Below are positions 11,101 to 26,100 of a DNA stretch of 64,000 nt, piece after piece. The notes beneath the pieces are model-generated. The model made no database searches. It saw only the letters and a program-made list of their open reading frames with translations, and had not been told where the DNA came from. The stretch is from Antedon mediterranea (lineage: Eukaryota; Animalia; Echinodermata): contig NC_092673.1 in assembly GCF_964355755.1 (NCBI RefSeq), positions 11,318,948 through 11,382,947 of the forward strand, written 5' to 3'. The position numbers were made by a program, and so were the translations under genes. Each line of letters starts with the position of its first letter. Within the stretch, counting starts at the first letter, position 1.

Positions 11101-14100
11101 CTAAATGACTTTTGGTTTTTAATCTATGTTCAACCATTGAAATTCATAAAATTGCGCGTAAGTCACGTTGCGCAACTATGACGTCATTCAAAAATAGGAG
11201 GTGCACAACTTCACGTAAATGCCCATATGCTGTCAAAGTTATGAAATGTTATGTTTACACATTTTAGAGAAACGCGACTCACAAAAAGGAAGGAAGGAAA
11301 GAAGAACTAGACATGAAACTCGTCACTTTGACGAGTTAGTTATCCGCTCGACAAACGCCACGTGCACGTCATACGTTAGAATATTGCACACAGAAAAATA
11401 TTAAGGCATTATGACCTGAACTAAAGAATATGATATGTTGTTATTTCTGAATTCTGTTATTTTTTGTCATATAGTATACACAGTACAATCTGTATACATA
11501 TCACAAACAGTGTAAAATAGGTGAAATTACGGGACCCGTATTTTATTGTAATTTTTAACATCTTGACGGTTTCAAAATGAAATGCAAAAGTACAAATTTC
11601 TGAATGAAATTATCTCAGCAACAACATATTAACGTGTAGAAGAAATTTGAATATGTGAAATATTGATGCGCGCTCTTTTAAATGTAATGAAATATAATGC
11701 AAAAGATGAAAATACGACTTTTTTTATTTAACTGGCCATATGATGACGTCACAACATTCGATTGGCACAATTTACACATGATTTTGTATCTACAATACAA
11801 TAGCTTCCTGAAAACGTTTTAATCGTGATTATCACATTTTATTCTTACGAGGTATAACAGATTAAAATTTACTGTAAAGATGAAATTAATGACCAAATTA
11901 ATTAAAATTTTTAGGCATGATGACGTTAAAAAAATTAAAAAAATTTTTATTCATGCAAAAGATAGTTGATTGACCTAGAATATATTAAAATCGGGGTGAA
12001 AATGGACAACGAATAAGTGGAGATGCGCTCTATTAAATGTGATGAGCTATGACAAAAGAGACAAAAATCATATATTTTATATTCGCGTGGCCATACGATG
12101 ACGTCACAGTGTCCGGTTAGCCATATTAATGCATGATCCGATATTTACAACTCATCAACTTCCAGAATATGTAATTAAAAAAAAGTTCTCCATGTAGTTT
12201 AGAATCTATGACTGTTTAAAAAAAGGCATAATTTTGACAAATTTTTGAACTTTTTCATCAAAAACGCACGTAAAGTATCCAATTCAACGTGCCCGTATGA
12301 CGTAATTGTAAGTCGAAATTGTTTTAAAATTGGTAAAATTACTATAAAAGGCTGGAAAAACATAATTCAATAAAAAAAAAATACTTTTAGCGCTACGTGC
12401 GCACCACGCGCATAAAATTGTTCACGCGCGTAGGAAATTTTGATATGCTCAAAATGTCATATTCAGCGTAGAAAGTTGATTAAAAATTAATTTTGCGCAT
12501 TTTGAGTTTTAAATGCGCGTGCGCGTGTAACTTTGTGTAAGACACGCAATTTTTTTTCCACAGAAAGTTAGCGCATGATATAAATTAAACTTTTGCTAAG
12601 TTTCAATTTAAATTGTTATATGGTTTTAAATCTATGTTAAATACGCGAAATTCATAAAATCGCGCGCAAGTCACGTTGCGCATTTCTGACGTCATTCACA
12701 ATAGGAGGTGCACAACTTCATGTGAATGCCCATATGTTGACAAAGTTATGAAATGTTATGTTTACACGTTTTTGAGATACGCGAGACACAAAAACAGAGG
12801 AAAAATGCGCGTGCCCGCGTAACGTCTTGTAAAACATGCCATTTTTAATCCACAAAAAGTTTGCCCTTGATATGACTTAAATTTTCACAAAGTGTCAAAA
12901 CAAATTTATGCTTGGTTTTTAGCCTATGATCAATCATAAAAAATCATAAAATCGCACGTAAGTCACGTTGCGCAACTCTGACGTCATTCAAAAATAGGAG
13001 GTGCACAACTTCACGTAAATGCCCATATGTTGACAAAGTTATTAAATGTTACATTTACACATGTTAGAGAAACGCTCTACACAAAAATGGAAGGAAAGAA
13101 ATGAGAATAATACAGAAAAACTAGATTTGAACTCGTCACTTTGACGAGTTCGGGTTATCCGCGCAAACGCAACATGCACATACTTTAAACTATATGAACT
13201 TCGACAATTATTATACCATCCTATGACATGAATTAAGAATGTTTACAGTGCTGAATTGTACCTATTTTGTAGCATACAGCATATTACAGTGTTTACAGAA
13301 TACACTGTATGTTATATACAGTGTAGAATAGACAAAATTACGAGACCCATCTTTTAAATCCAATTATTAACACGATGACGTCATCAAATTGGCATATAAA
13401 GATAACAATTTTAGAAGATAATTATCTAAATAATTACATTAATACAAATTTTAAGAATTTTGGGCACGTGAAAGTGAGATGCGCTCTCGTTTAAACGCAA
13501 TGAACTTTTACGCAAGAGATGAAAATATGACTTTTTGAATTTAACTGGCCATATGATGACATCACAACATCTGATTGGCAAAATATTCACATAAATTCGT
13601 ATCTACAATCCAATAGCTTCCAGAAAACGTTTTAATCATGATTATCACTTATAATTCTGATGAGCTATAACCGATTGAAATTTACTGTAAAGATAAAAAT
13701 AAGTGACCCACATTATTTACATTTTTAGACATGATGACGTCATAAAAATTAAAATATTTTTAATTCATGCGAAAGATAGTTGATTGACCTAGACAGTATT
13801 AAAATATATGAGGAAATGGAATACGTATAAGCGATATGCGCTCTATTTAATGTAATGAGCAATAACGAAACAGTCAAAAATCCAATATTTTACATTCGTG
13901 TGGCCATACGATGACGTCATAACATCCGAGGGGTAAAGATTCTGCATGAATTCATAGCTACAACATATCTGCTTACATATTAAATTAAAAAAATTGGGGG
14001 TAACGGTTGATCCTAAGGAGCTATAATAGATTCAAAGTAGGCATAATTTTGACATTATTTTGTAACTTTTTCAACTAAAATGCGCGCAAATTGTCTAAAT

Positions 14101-17100
14101 CAACGTGTTCGTATGACGTCATTTTAATTTGAAATGAAGTCAATCTTTTTTTAAATGACTAGGAAAGGCTGGAAAATCATAATTCAAGAGAAAAAACATG
14201 ATTTTCATGCTCCGTGCGCACCATACGCGTAAATTTGTTTGCGCGCGCGGGAATTTTTGACATGCTCAAAATGTCATGATCAGCGTAGAAAGTTGATTAG
14301 AAATTAATTTTGCGCATTTTGAAACTTTAAATGCGCGTGCGCGCTTAACTTCTTGTGAAACATGTCATTTTTAATCCATAGAAAGTTTGCCCTTGATATG
14401 ACTTAAATTTTCACTAAGTGTCAAAACAAAGTGACTTTTGGTTTATAATCTATGACCAATCATTGAAATTCATAAAATCGCGCGTAAGTCACGTTGCGCA
14501 ACTCTGACGTCATTCAAAATATGGAGGTGCACAACTTCAGGTAAATGTCCATATGATGAAAAAGTTATATATATGATATAGTAACAAGCAATAGGGGATA
14601 TGCTGCGCACAAAAATCCGGGAAAGAAAGAAGAACTAGACATGAAACTCGTCACTTTGACGAGTTAGTTATCCGCACGACAAACGCCACGAGCACGTCAT
14701 ACGTTGGAATATTGCACACGGAAAAAGATTATGGCATTATGACCTGAACTGAAGACTATGATATGTTGTTATTGCTGAATTCTATTATTTTGATTCATAT
14801 ATACCGTATATTTCGGTGTATAAGTCGCACTTTTGACACGCAAATTTGACCTCTAAATTAAGGGTGCGTCTTATACACCGAACATAAATGCCTCACCACA
14901 CAAATTGTACATAGGCCTAGGCTATCGTCACCTCGTTTGCTAGGCCTGAGTAGGCTAGGCCTAGCTACAGTAACTAACTAACGTAACGGCAACCTGCTTC
15001 TGCCTAGGCCTAGTTTTCAAGTCATTTTAGCATGATGTTATACTAAATATGATGAAAAGATTTGTTCATTATGGCGCTCCGATAAAATTTCATTTGTAAA
15101 CGTTTACGTCGTACGATTGGAATAGTATTTATTTATACAGTAGTTATACGCACGATCGCCGTACCCCAAGCGCAAGCCCTTCTTTTGGTGGCACATGGTG
15201 TACGGTATTCGACTAGTATATTCTCCAGGTGATTATAGCATGGACCTAGCGTACACACTTCTCGGATACATAGATACTAATCGAATACGATTGTCCGTGA
15301 AAACGTGCGCCCTCTCGAAATGATCGAGCGAGGCTAGCCCACACACGTGCGTGTTACACACACGGTCATGCACTCGATGTTGCGGCGAAACTCATGAATA
15401 ACAAGTTAGAAAGAACTTGTTGAGGCTGGGCGCGGCCGAGCCTAGGTAAGAAAAAACCTAAATAAAGGACGCCGTTGTAGATATAACAAAATATATAATT
15501 ACAATAATATTGATTACAATTTAAAAAAACATTGTTTTGATGAAATATAAGGTGCGTCTTATACATCGACGATATAAAAAATACCGATATTTTACTCTCA
15601 GTTGGGGGTGCGTCTTATACACAGGTGCGACTTATACACCGAAATATACGGTAGTATACACAGTGTAATCTGTATACATATCACATACAGTGTAGAATAG
15701 GGGAAATTACGGGACCCGCTATTTTTAACATGTTGATGGTTTTAAAATGAAACGCGAAGGTAGCAATTTTGGAAGGAAATTATCTCAGCAACAACATATT
15801 AACGTGTAGAAGAAATTTGAATAGGTGAAATATTAATGCGCGATCTTTTAAATGTAATGAACTATGACGCAAAATATGAAAATACGACTTTTTTTATTTA
15901 ACTGGCCATATGATGACGTCACCACATCTGATTGTCAAAATTTTCACATGATTTTGTATCTACAATCCAATAGCTTCAAGAAAACGTTTTAATCGTGATT
16001 ATCACATTTTATTCTTACGAGCTATAACAGATTGAAATTTACTGTAAAGATGAAATTAATGCCACTCGTAATTTAAATTTTTAGGCATGATGACGTCATA
16101 AAAATTAAAATATTTTTAACTCATGCTAAAGATAGTTGATTGACCTAGACAATATCAAAATCGGGGTGAAAATAGAAAACGGATAAGTGGAGATGCGCTC
16201 TATTAAATGTGAGGAGTTATGACGAAAGATACAAAAATCCTAAATTTCATATTCGCGTGGCCATACGATGACGTCACAATGTCCGGTTAGCCATATTAAT
16301 GCATGATCCGATATCTACAACTCATCTACTTCTAGAATATGTCATCCACAAAAATTTGACCGTCTAGTTTAGAAATTACGACTGTTTAAAAAAAGGCATA
16401 TTTTAAACGAATTTTTTAACCTTTTCATAAAAAACGCGCGCAAATTGTCCAATTCGACGTGCTCGTATGACGTATCTTTAAGTCGAAATTGTTTAAAATT
16501 TGGTAAAATTACTAGAAAAGGCTGGAAAAACATAAATCACGTGAAAAAATACGTTTTCAATGCTACGTGCCAACCGCACACGTAAAAATGTGCGCACGCG
16601 TGGGAATTTTTGACATGCTTAAAACAACATGAAACGCGTAGAAAGTTGATTATAAATTAATTTTGCGCATTTTGAAATTTTAAATGCGCGTGCGCGCGTA
16701 ACTTCTTGTAAAACATGCCATTTTTAATCCACAAAAAGTTTGCGCTTGATATGACTTAAAATTTCACAAAGTGTCAAAACAAAATTATGCTTGGTTTTTA
16801 GTCTATGAGCAATCATAAAAAATCATAAAATCGCGCGTAAGTCACGTTGCGCAACTCTGACGTCATTCAAAAATAGGAGGTGCACAACTTCACGTAAATG
16901 CCCATATGTTGACAAATTTATGAAATGTTATGTTTACCCATTTTAGAGATACGCTCTGCACAAAAAGTGAGGGAGAAAGACAGAAGAATAATATAAAATT
17001 GAAACAGGACGATTACAAGGAGTTATCCGCTACTAAGCGGATAACTAATAAAGATGAAAAAAAAAAGGATATTTACAATAACAAGGGTTATTCGCAACTT

Positions 17101-20100
17101 AAAAAGTTGCGGATAACCAAAAAGAAAAAAAATGATGATCCTATACAATCACAAGGAGTTATCCGCCAAGTGCGGATAACTAACTAGACATGAAACTCGT
17201 CACTTTGACGAGTTAGTTATCCGCACGAGAAACGCCACGTGCACGTCATACGTTGGAATATTGCACACAGAAAAAGATTATGGCATTATGACCTGAACTG
17301 AAGAATATCATGTATTGTTAGTGCTGAATTCTGTCTATTTTGTGTCATATAGTATATACAGTATAATCTGTATACATATTAAATACAGTGTAGAATAGGT
17401 GGAATTACGGGACCCACCGTTTATTCCAATTTTTAACATGGCGACGGTATTCAAATTAAACACTAAGATAGCAATTTCGGAAGGACATTATCTCACCAAC
17501 AACATATTAACGTGTAGAAGAAATTTGAATACGTAGAATATGGATGCGTGCTCGTTTAAATGTGATGAACTATGACGCAAAATATGAAAATACGACTTTT
17601 TTTATTCAACTGGCCATATGATGACTTCACAACATCCGATTGGCAAAATGTTCACATTAATTCGTATCTACAGTCCAATAGCTTCCAGAAAACGTTTTAA
17701 TCATAATTATCACTTTTTGTTCTTACAAGCTATAACAGATTAAAATTTACTGTAAGAATGAAATTAATGACCCTGTTAATTATAATTTTTAGGCATGATG
17801 ACGTCATAAAAATTAAAATATTTTTAACTCATGCGTAAGATAGGTGATTGACCTAGACAATATTAAAATCTCGGAGAAAACGGAATACAGATAGGTGTGA
17901 TGCGCTCCATTGAATATGATGAGCAATAACAAAAGAGACAAAAATCCTATATTTTACATTCATGTGGCCATACGATGATGTCACAATGTCCGGTTAGCCA
18001 TATTGATTCATGATACGATATCTACAACTCATCAACTTCCAGAATATGTAATTAAAAAAAAGTTCACCTCGTTCTTTAGAATCTATGACTGTTTAAAAAA
18101 AGGCATAATTTTGACGAATTTTGACAAATTTTTTAACTTTTTCATCAAAAACGCACGTAAATTATCCAATTCAACGTGCCCGTATGACGTAATTTTAAGT
18201 CGAAATTGTTTAAAAGTTGGTAAAATTACTAGAAAAGGCTGAAAAAACATAAATCACGCAAAAAAAATTGTTTTCAACACTACGTTCGCACCATGCGCGT
18301 AAAAAAATGCGCGCGCGTGGGAATTTTTTACATGCTCAAAATGACATGAAATGCGTAGAAAGTTGATTAGAAATTGATTTTTCGCATTTTGAAATTTTAA
18401 ACGCGCGTGCCCGCGTAACTTCGTGTGAAACATGCCATTTTTTCCCCATAGTCAGTTAGCGCAAGATATAACTTAAACTTTTGTTAAGTTTCATACTAAA
18501 TTGTTATATGGTTTTCGATCTATGTTAAATACGCGAAATTCGTAAAAACGCGCGTAAGTCATGTTGCGCAACTCTGAGGTCATTCAAAATAGGAGGTGCA
18601 CAATTTCACGTAAATGCCCACATGTTGACAAAGTTATGAAATGTTATGTTTACACGTTTTTGAGTTACGCGAGACACAAAAATGACAGAAAGAAAGAAGA
18701 ATACAGAAAAAAAACTAGACATGTAACTCGTCACTTTGACGAGTTAGTTATCCGCACGACAAACGCCACGTGCACGTCATATGTTAGAATATTGCACACA
18801 GAAAAAGATTATGGCATTATGACCTGAACTGAAGAATATGAATTTCTATTATTTTGATTCATATAATTAAGTAGAGGCTATATATGGTTTGACCTTGAAA
18901 AAATTCTAATAAAAGGTCTTTTGGTATTTTCTTGTAGCTTTAGGTGTCAATAATTACCAAAAAATTTTTGCAGCCTTCTAGTTGCTGCGTTAGTGAGATA
19001 TTGAGGGTCAAAGGTCAGTCACCTTTTTGTGGCATTTGATGGCTCATAACTCCTCAACTCCTGGGTTTAAAAAGACAAATGTGGTTTGTACATCTATGTT
19101 TTAGTGGTCAAACAACAAAATAAAGTTTTTGCAAATTTTGGGTTACTTGTGCCATTGGTCAGATAGTCGGGTCAAAGGTCATTGACCTTTATTCATTAAT
19201 AACTACTGCTAGTGTAGGACCTGAGTAAGATTTGTATGCATTCAATTTAGGAGAGAATATCTCAACTGTTATAGGATAATTTGACCCCAAGGAACAACAT
19301 GGGATATGTGTCAAATTCGTTATCTAGGGCGGACATGCCCAAAATCGGGGTCAAAGGTTAGAAATGTGTGGTTCTTATATCTCGAAAACCACTTGTCATA
19401 CAGATTTGCTTTTGGTGTCAAATTGTTCAGAATATACATATTTATATTCGGTCTAACACAACTTTTACCCAAAAAAATGACCGGAAATGCTTTTACTGAC
19501 CTTTGACCAAAAAACACATTTTCGGGTTAAATATTTAAAATGTCAATGGACACACTGTATGGTATCAAATGAAAGCATATACAATATGCTACCCATTGCT
19601 ACCCAACTTGTATTTAATTATGTGATGTTATTTTTGGAAAATATGCATATTTTATTAAATTTAGACAAAAATGAGTATAAATTAATGTAAGTTTATTTTA
19701 GGTGAAATAATTCTAGCGTTGTAATGAAATATTTGGTATAAAAAAGAAAAAACTTAGTTGTAGTTTATTAAGTTCTTTATTTGGTAGACCAAACAAAATG
19801 GCATTGCAGTAGTCTAACCGTGATGTTATTAGTGCATGGACAAGTTTAATAAGCGAGGAGTGTGTTTGCGAATTGATCTTATGTTACGAAGGTGGTACTG
19901 TAGGTTTCAGATTTACTAATGTTGTTGATATGTATGGACATAATCGTTGCCGAGTCAAATACAACTCCGATATATCTAACCTCCAACGATGATGTGATTG
20001 ATGTTTCTAGCAATGGCCAATTTCTTGAAGTGTTTTGAATGAAGAAATAAGATTTCGGTTTTACCAGGATTAAAAAGAGCATGTTTTTAGTTAGCCAATC

Positions 20101-23100
20101 CTGAACATCAACAACACAAGCTTCGATAACCGATTTCGCCTCATTAAACTCTGCTGGATTAAAGCTGATGTACAGTTGTGTATCATCTGCGTACACATGA
20201 TATTGGACACAATGTCTCTTAATGATATCACTCATGGGCGAGATGTAAACTAAAAACAATACTGGACCCAGTATTGATCCTTGAGGAACACCGCATTTCA
20301 GGTCGATAGAGGTGGATTTGACATTACCAATCCGGACCTGCTGCTTCCTAGAAGACAAATGACTTGAACCAATTTAGAGCAGATCCACAGATACCAATAG
20401 ACGAAAGTCTTGCAATAAGAATGGAATAGTCCATGGTATCAGAAGCTGCCGACAGGTCGAGGTACACAGAAAAAAGACAATTACCTTTATTCAGAGCTAA
20501 AATAATATCATTATGCACCTTGAGAATGGCTGACTCTGTACTGTGGTGCTTTCTATATGCTGATTGAAGAGGGTCGAACAGATTATTGTCGTCAAGAAAA
20601 TGTATGAGATCTAAAGCAACGCAGTTCTCAAGGATCAATTAGATAAAAAAGCGACATTAGAAATAGATCGAAAATTTGCCATGCAAGTATGATCCAGTAA
20701 AGGTTTCTTTAAAATAAATGTAACTAGACCCAACTTCAAATCATCAGGAAAGGTCGTACCAGTTGATAAAGATAAATTAATAATAATTCTAAATACTGAA
20801 GTCAATTATGCACATTTTCCATAAAGTTATATTCCTAATTAAAAATTTCAATACAAGTTGGGTAGCAATGGGTAGCATATTGTATATGCTTCCATTTTAT
20901 ACCATACAGTGTGTCCATTGACATTTTAAAGAATAATTTAACCAGAAAATGTGTTTTTTTGGTCATTTTTTTTCGATCAACCAGCATCGACCAACAGCTT
21001 AAGATCTGCATGGCAACTTGTCAAACAACTCTCAGGGAAGAGATCTCAAAGTGCCTGCATCATGGGAGAGGATCGTCTTCTAGCATGGAAAACTCACTTC
21101 CACAAACTACTATCGGTGGAGACTTCAGTGGTAGATGACATGGATATCGGCAAAATCTTCAACTTAACCACCAGATAAGCTCCGAGAGGTTCTCCGAGGC
21201 TGAGGTGTCAATTGCGTGCAAACAGATGAAATCTGGCAAAGCACCTGACGGTCTTCCCATCGAAATATGGAAATTACCTGGCACCCAGAAAGCTCTCACT
21301 TCTTTCTGCAATCAAATTCTTGATGGAAACAGGCCATCAGAATGGGGAATTTCGTTCATATCCCGAAAAAAGGTGATCTTTCAAAACCAGATAACTACAG
21401 GGGTATTTCATTATCACAATTGGCTGCAAAGATCTACAATCGCCTGATTTTAAATAGGATACGTCCTGTGATTAATGAAGTTTTACGCCCCAACCAGAAT
21501 GGCTTTCGTCAGGCACGATCAACAACTACGCACATTCTTGCACTGAGGAGAATTGTTGAAGAGGTTAAGAACCATCACAAAGAGGCAGTCATTGTGCACC
21601 GCGTGCGTAAAAAGTTTCGCGCGCGTGGGAATTTTTGACATGCTCAAAATGACATGAAACGCATAGAAAGTTGATTAGAAGTTGATTTTTCGCACTCTAA
21701 AATTTTAAACGCGCGTGCTCGCGTAACTTTTTTTGAAAGATGCTATTTTTAATCCATAGAAAGTTTGCGCTTGATGTGACTTAAATTTTCACAAAGTGTC
21801 AAAACAAAATTATGTTTGGTTTTTAGTCTATGATCAATCATTGAAATTCATAAAATCGCGCGTAAGTCACGTTGAGCAACTCTGACGTCATTCAAAAATA
21901 GGAGGTGCACAAGTTCACGTAAATGTCGATATGTTGACAAAGTTACGATATGTTCTGTTTACACGTTTTAGAGAAACGCGACGCACAAAAATGACAGAAG
22001 GAAAGAAGTATAATACAGGAAAAAAAAAAAAAATATGATGAAACAGGACGATTACAAGGAGTTATCCGCTACTAAGCGGATAACTAACTAGACATGAAAC
22101 TCGTCACTTTGACGAGTTAGTTATCCGCACCACGACAAACGCCACATGCACGTCATACGTTGGAATATTGCACACAGATAAAGATTATGGCATTATGACA
22201 AGAACTGAAGAATATCATATGCTGTTAGTGCTGAATTCTGTCAATTTTGTGTCATAGTATATACAGTGCAAACAGTATAATCTGTATACATATTACATAC
22301 AGTGTAGAATAGGTGAAATTACGGGACCCGCCATTTATTCCAATTTTTAACATGGCGACGGTATCAAAATGAAACACTTAGATAGCAATTTCAGAAGGAA
22401 ATTATCTCAGGAACAACATACGTGTAGAAGAAATTTGAATACGTAAAATATAGATGCGCACCCTTTTAAATATGAAAATACGACTTTTTTTATTCAACTG
22501 GCCATATGATGACGTCACAACATCTGATTGGCAAAATGTTTACATGAATTCGTATCTACACTCCAATAGCGTCCAGAAAACGTTTTAATCATGATTATCA
22601 CTTTTTATTCTGACGAGCTATAACAGATTGAAATTTACTGTAAAAATGAAAATAAGTGACCCACGTTATTTACATTTTTAGACATGATGACGTCATAAAA
22701 ATTAAAATATTTTTAACTCATACGGAAGATAGTTGATTAACGTAGACAATATTAAAATCTTGGGGGAAATGGAATACGTATAAGCGCGATGCGCTCTGTT
22801 GAATATGATGAGCAATAACGAAACAGACAAAAATCCTATATTTTACATTCGTGTGGCCATACGATGACGTCATAACATCCGAGAGGTAAAAATTCTGCAT
22901 GAATTCATATCTACAATTTATCATCTTACATAATATGTTAAAAAAATTTGGGTAACCTATGATCCCGAAGAGCTATAATAGATTCAAAATTGGCATTATT
23001 TTGACAATATTTTATTACTTTTTCAACTAAAATGCGCGCAAATGGTCTAAATCAACGTGTTCGTATGACGTCATTTTAATTTGAAATGATGTTAATCTTT

Positions 23101-26100
23101 TGTAAACTGACTAGGAAAGGCTGTAAAATCATAATTCAAGAGAAAAACACATGATTTTCATGCTCCGTGCGCAGCTTACGCTCTACCAAGCGGATAACTA
23201 ATTAATAATTATAGTGCTTCCTCTTCATCGCTGTCAATTAGTTCTTCTGCATCTGTGTTATCCTTTCCATTCTCGCAATGTCCACTGCACACACCACATG
23301 CAGACACACACGACATGCCAGCTTTCATGCAACTGCATCTCATGGTTTGGTATTGCCTTTCGCCTTCCTTGCAATTGCAGCAGAAGGTTGTCTGGTGCAA
23401 TACCACAAGAGAGCATCTTAGGTTTAAGTTTTCTGTTGAAGTCTAATTCCCATCCTCTTCCTTTGGGTTCAAGAACCGAGGTGTTCAGATGCCTCCATAT
23501 CTTAACTTGAAGATGAACACGCAGGGAATGTTGAGCGGTTGCATATTCCGTTGGTGGTAGACGGTCAGGATCGATCTTTCCTTTGGCTGCTTGCTTCTTG
23601 AACTTAAGATAGCGAGGCTTTTCAAGAGGAGTATCCCCACAGCCATATGTGATCTGCATTGCCTTTGATTCGGCTGTTCGAATTTGTGAGACAGGTGAAG
23701 TGGTACATGTAAATGTTGTGATGACACTGGCAGGAAATTTGGATTTGTAAATAGCACATTTGGTATGTCCATGAATGCATGAAACAGTGTCATTTCCAGA
23801 CCAGCCATACTTGAAGAGGAACTCCTCGCGGTCACAGATGTCTATGGTAGAGATGTCGTAAAGACCATCAAAGTCTGCTTTAAGATATAAGATAGTCGAT
23901 AGGTCTATGATAGCAGAGCAAAATCAAAATATCAGTGTCCTGGGCGACAACAACAACTGGGGAATTGACACCTACAGGCCTCAAATTTTACCGCGGCCAG
24001 TGCCGTCGGTGCCCTCCCAGTTGGCCTCAATGCCCTCGAAAATGAATAGCAATCGCTTCGGACGAACAGGAAATTCTTGTGTTATATAAGTTCTTTGTTT
24101 ATCGCAAATAGCTTGCACAATGCATGATGGGAAGGGTTTGGGAGCAAACGTCACAACGCGTACGTGCAAACAACAAATCACGTACGTACGCGTTGTGACG
24201 TTTGCTCCCAAATCCTTCCCATCATGCATCGCACACGCTATTTGCGATAAACCTTATTGAGCTAGCCGCCTTCGATTACACGCACTCCTAGCTAGCCTAG
24301 CCTATCCTCCCGCCGCCGATCCGGTCAAACACACGCAATTCTTCAATTCATTGGGAAAACAATTCTATTTGACGCACACGCACCCTCTGATAAGAAATTT
24401 CACACACGACGTCCGTACGTAATACCAAAGATAATAAAAGGAGAAGATACAACAGTTCCGTTGGCGGTGTAAACCACATCCGGGTTACTATTTGCCTACG
24501 CCTGAAGGTGGCGCATTTCTTTTTCGCTAGAAAAAGTGCGCCACCTTCAGGCGTGGGTAAGGTAAAACTTTTATTGTAAATATCTATAAAAATGCAAACG
24601 ATGATTATTTATCAAAATGATTATCAAAATATTAATAATATCAAAATTAGTAGAGCACAGACGCGAGAACACATCAGATCATCACGATCCATCGAAACGT
24701 GGGATTAGACGGGAACCATATCTAGAGCCCGCCGTCGTTCGGCTGCTGGATTCTTACGCGTCCATGAATAAGCGTCTATCCTTCTATGTATAACAGCGCG
24801 TACTGTTGATTCTTTACCTATTTATATTCTTTGGTAATACGCGAAGGATCGGATCGTTGGAAAAACAATTCAGGGCTGAGCGAACCCACTTGCCCGACGC
24901 CCGGGACAAGTGTTTTTTACGGTCGGACAACCACATTTGACGTATCCTCTTGTCCGAGGACAAGCACTTTTGAAATTCAGGAAATTAAACTAAGAGCACA
25001 GAAAACCATGTGCCAACACAGTTAGCCATGTGCATTAATAAAAATAGCAGGCTTCTTCAAAGCACATTAAACCCAGTGCATTTAATACATCACTGATTGG
25101 TCAATGACCTGAGTCACATCATTATAGATTACACGATTTTCTATTTGGGGAGGTAATTAAAACATTTTTGGACCATGCAGTGGTTGAGACATAGGTTAAC
25201 TGGGTAATTAAAAAAATGCCCAGTTAAAAAGAACCCCCGTAATTAATGGACTCTACCAGGTATTGTTGATCAAAAATACCATGCTGTATACACGCGAGGA
25301 TGTGGTAGGCCCAGTATTTTAATTTTTCTCTGTACATCGTGCATGGAACGGACAATTGATAAAGTGGTTTCATAGGGAAAAGAATGTTTTTTATAAATTT
25401 ACCTGTGAAATGCAACAAGCTATTTTATTTAGTGAATTGGATAATAACAAAAACATCCTCTCTCTGTCTGTTGTAGAGTAGGAGGCCTAACTTCTAGAGT
25501 AAGGATGGCCTGGAGCCTGGAGGTATTTTTCTCTCTCTCCATGGTGACTGTCTAAGGCCTAGTGTCTGGATGGCAAGCTTTAATTAGTATTGGGCCTAGC
25601 CAGACCTACATTAATTCGGTATTATTTGTTAACTAATTATGCCTGGACAAAATAACAATTATTTAAAAAAATAATTTTAATTATGCCTGGACAAAATAAA
25701 AATTATTTTAAAAAATAATTTAAATATACCTACTATCTAGCTAGCCGGCATAGCTACAGTAGGCAAAGATCAGTTCACATGTATGACTAGGCTATGATAC
25801 GTTTGTATATAATAGACACCACAGTTTTTTTGGTAATTCAATTCTTTTATTTTTTATTTACTAACTACTATTTATTAATTAGGCCTACAGTACTCTACAC
25901 ACTGTTGTGTTAATAAAATAAAACCTAAAAATGACCGTTATTTTTATCAAAATATTGAGCAGGCTAAAAAAGTCTAGGCTAGGCCTATAAACTGCTGAAT
26001 TTTAAATCGACAATAAACACTTGCGTGACATTTGTCGACACTTGTGTAATTTTTTGCCTATTGCGCAATAAAGAGGGACAAGTAAAATTTTTTCTCGGAC

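Larger units (their letters stand above)
9805..23201 (-). mobile_element. Cluster of seven Helitron2/Helentron-like copies with further nested insertions
   Basis: CTAG+hairpin ends at 9805, 11307, 13121, 14635, 17184, 18715 and 22088. The outer boundary is a clean A|T site with no TSD, judged against the empty site in the inverted copy near 29385. Confidence 0.8.

Noticed and set aside
16985-17215. Regularly spaced hairpin repeats resembling a CRISPR array
   Set aside because: Eukaryotic context, no cas genes, low-complexity spacers; these are stacked transposon ends.
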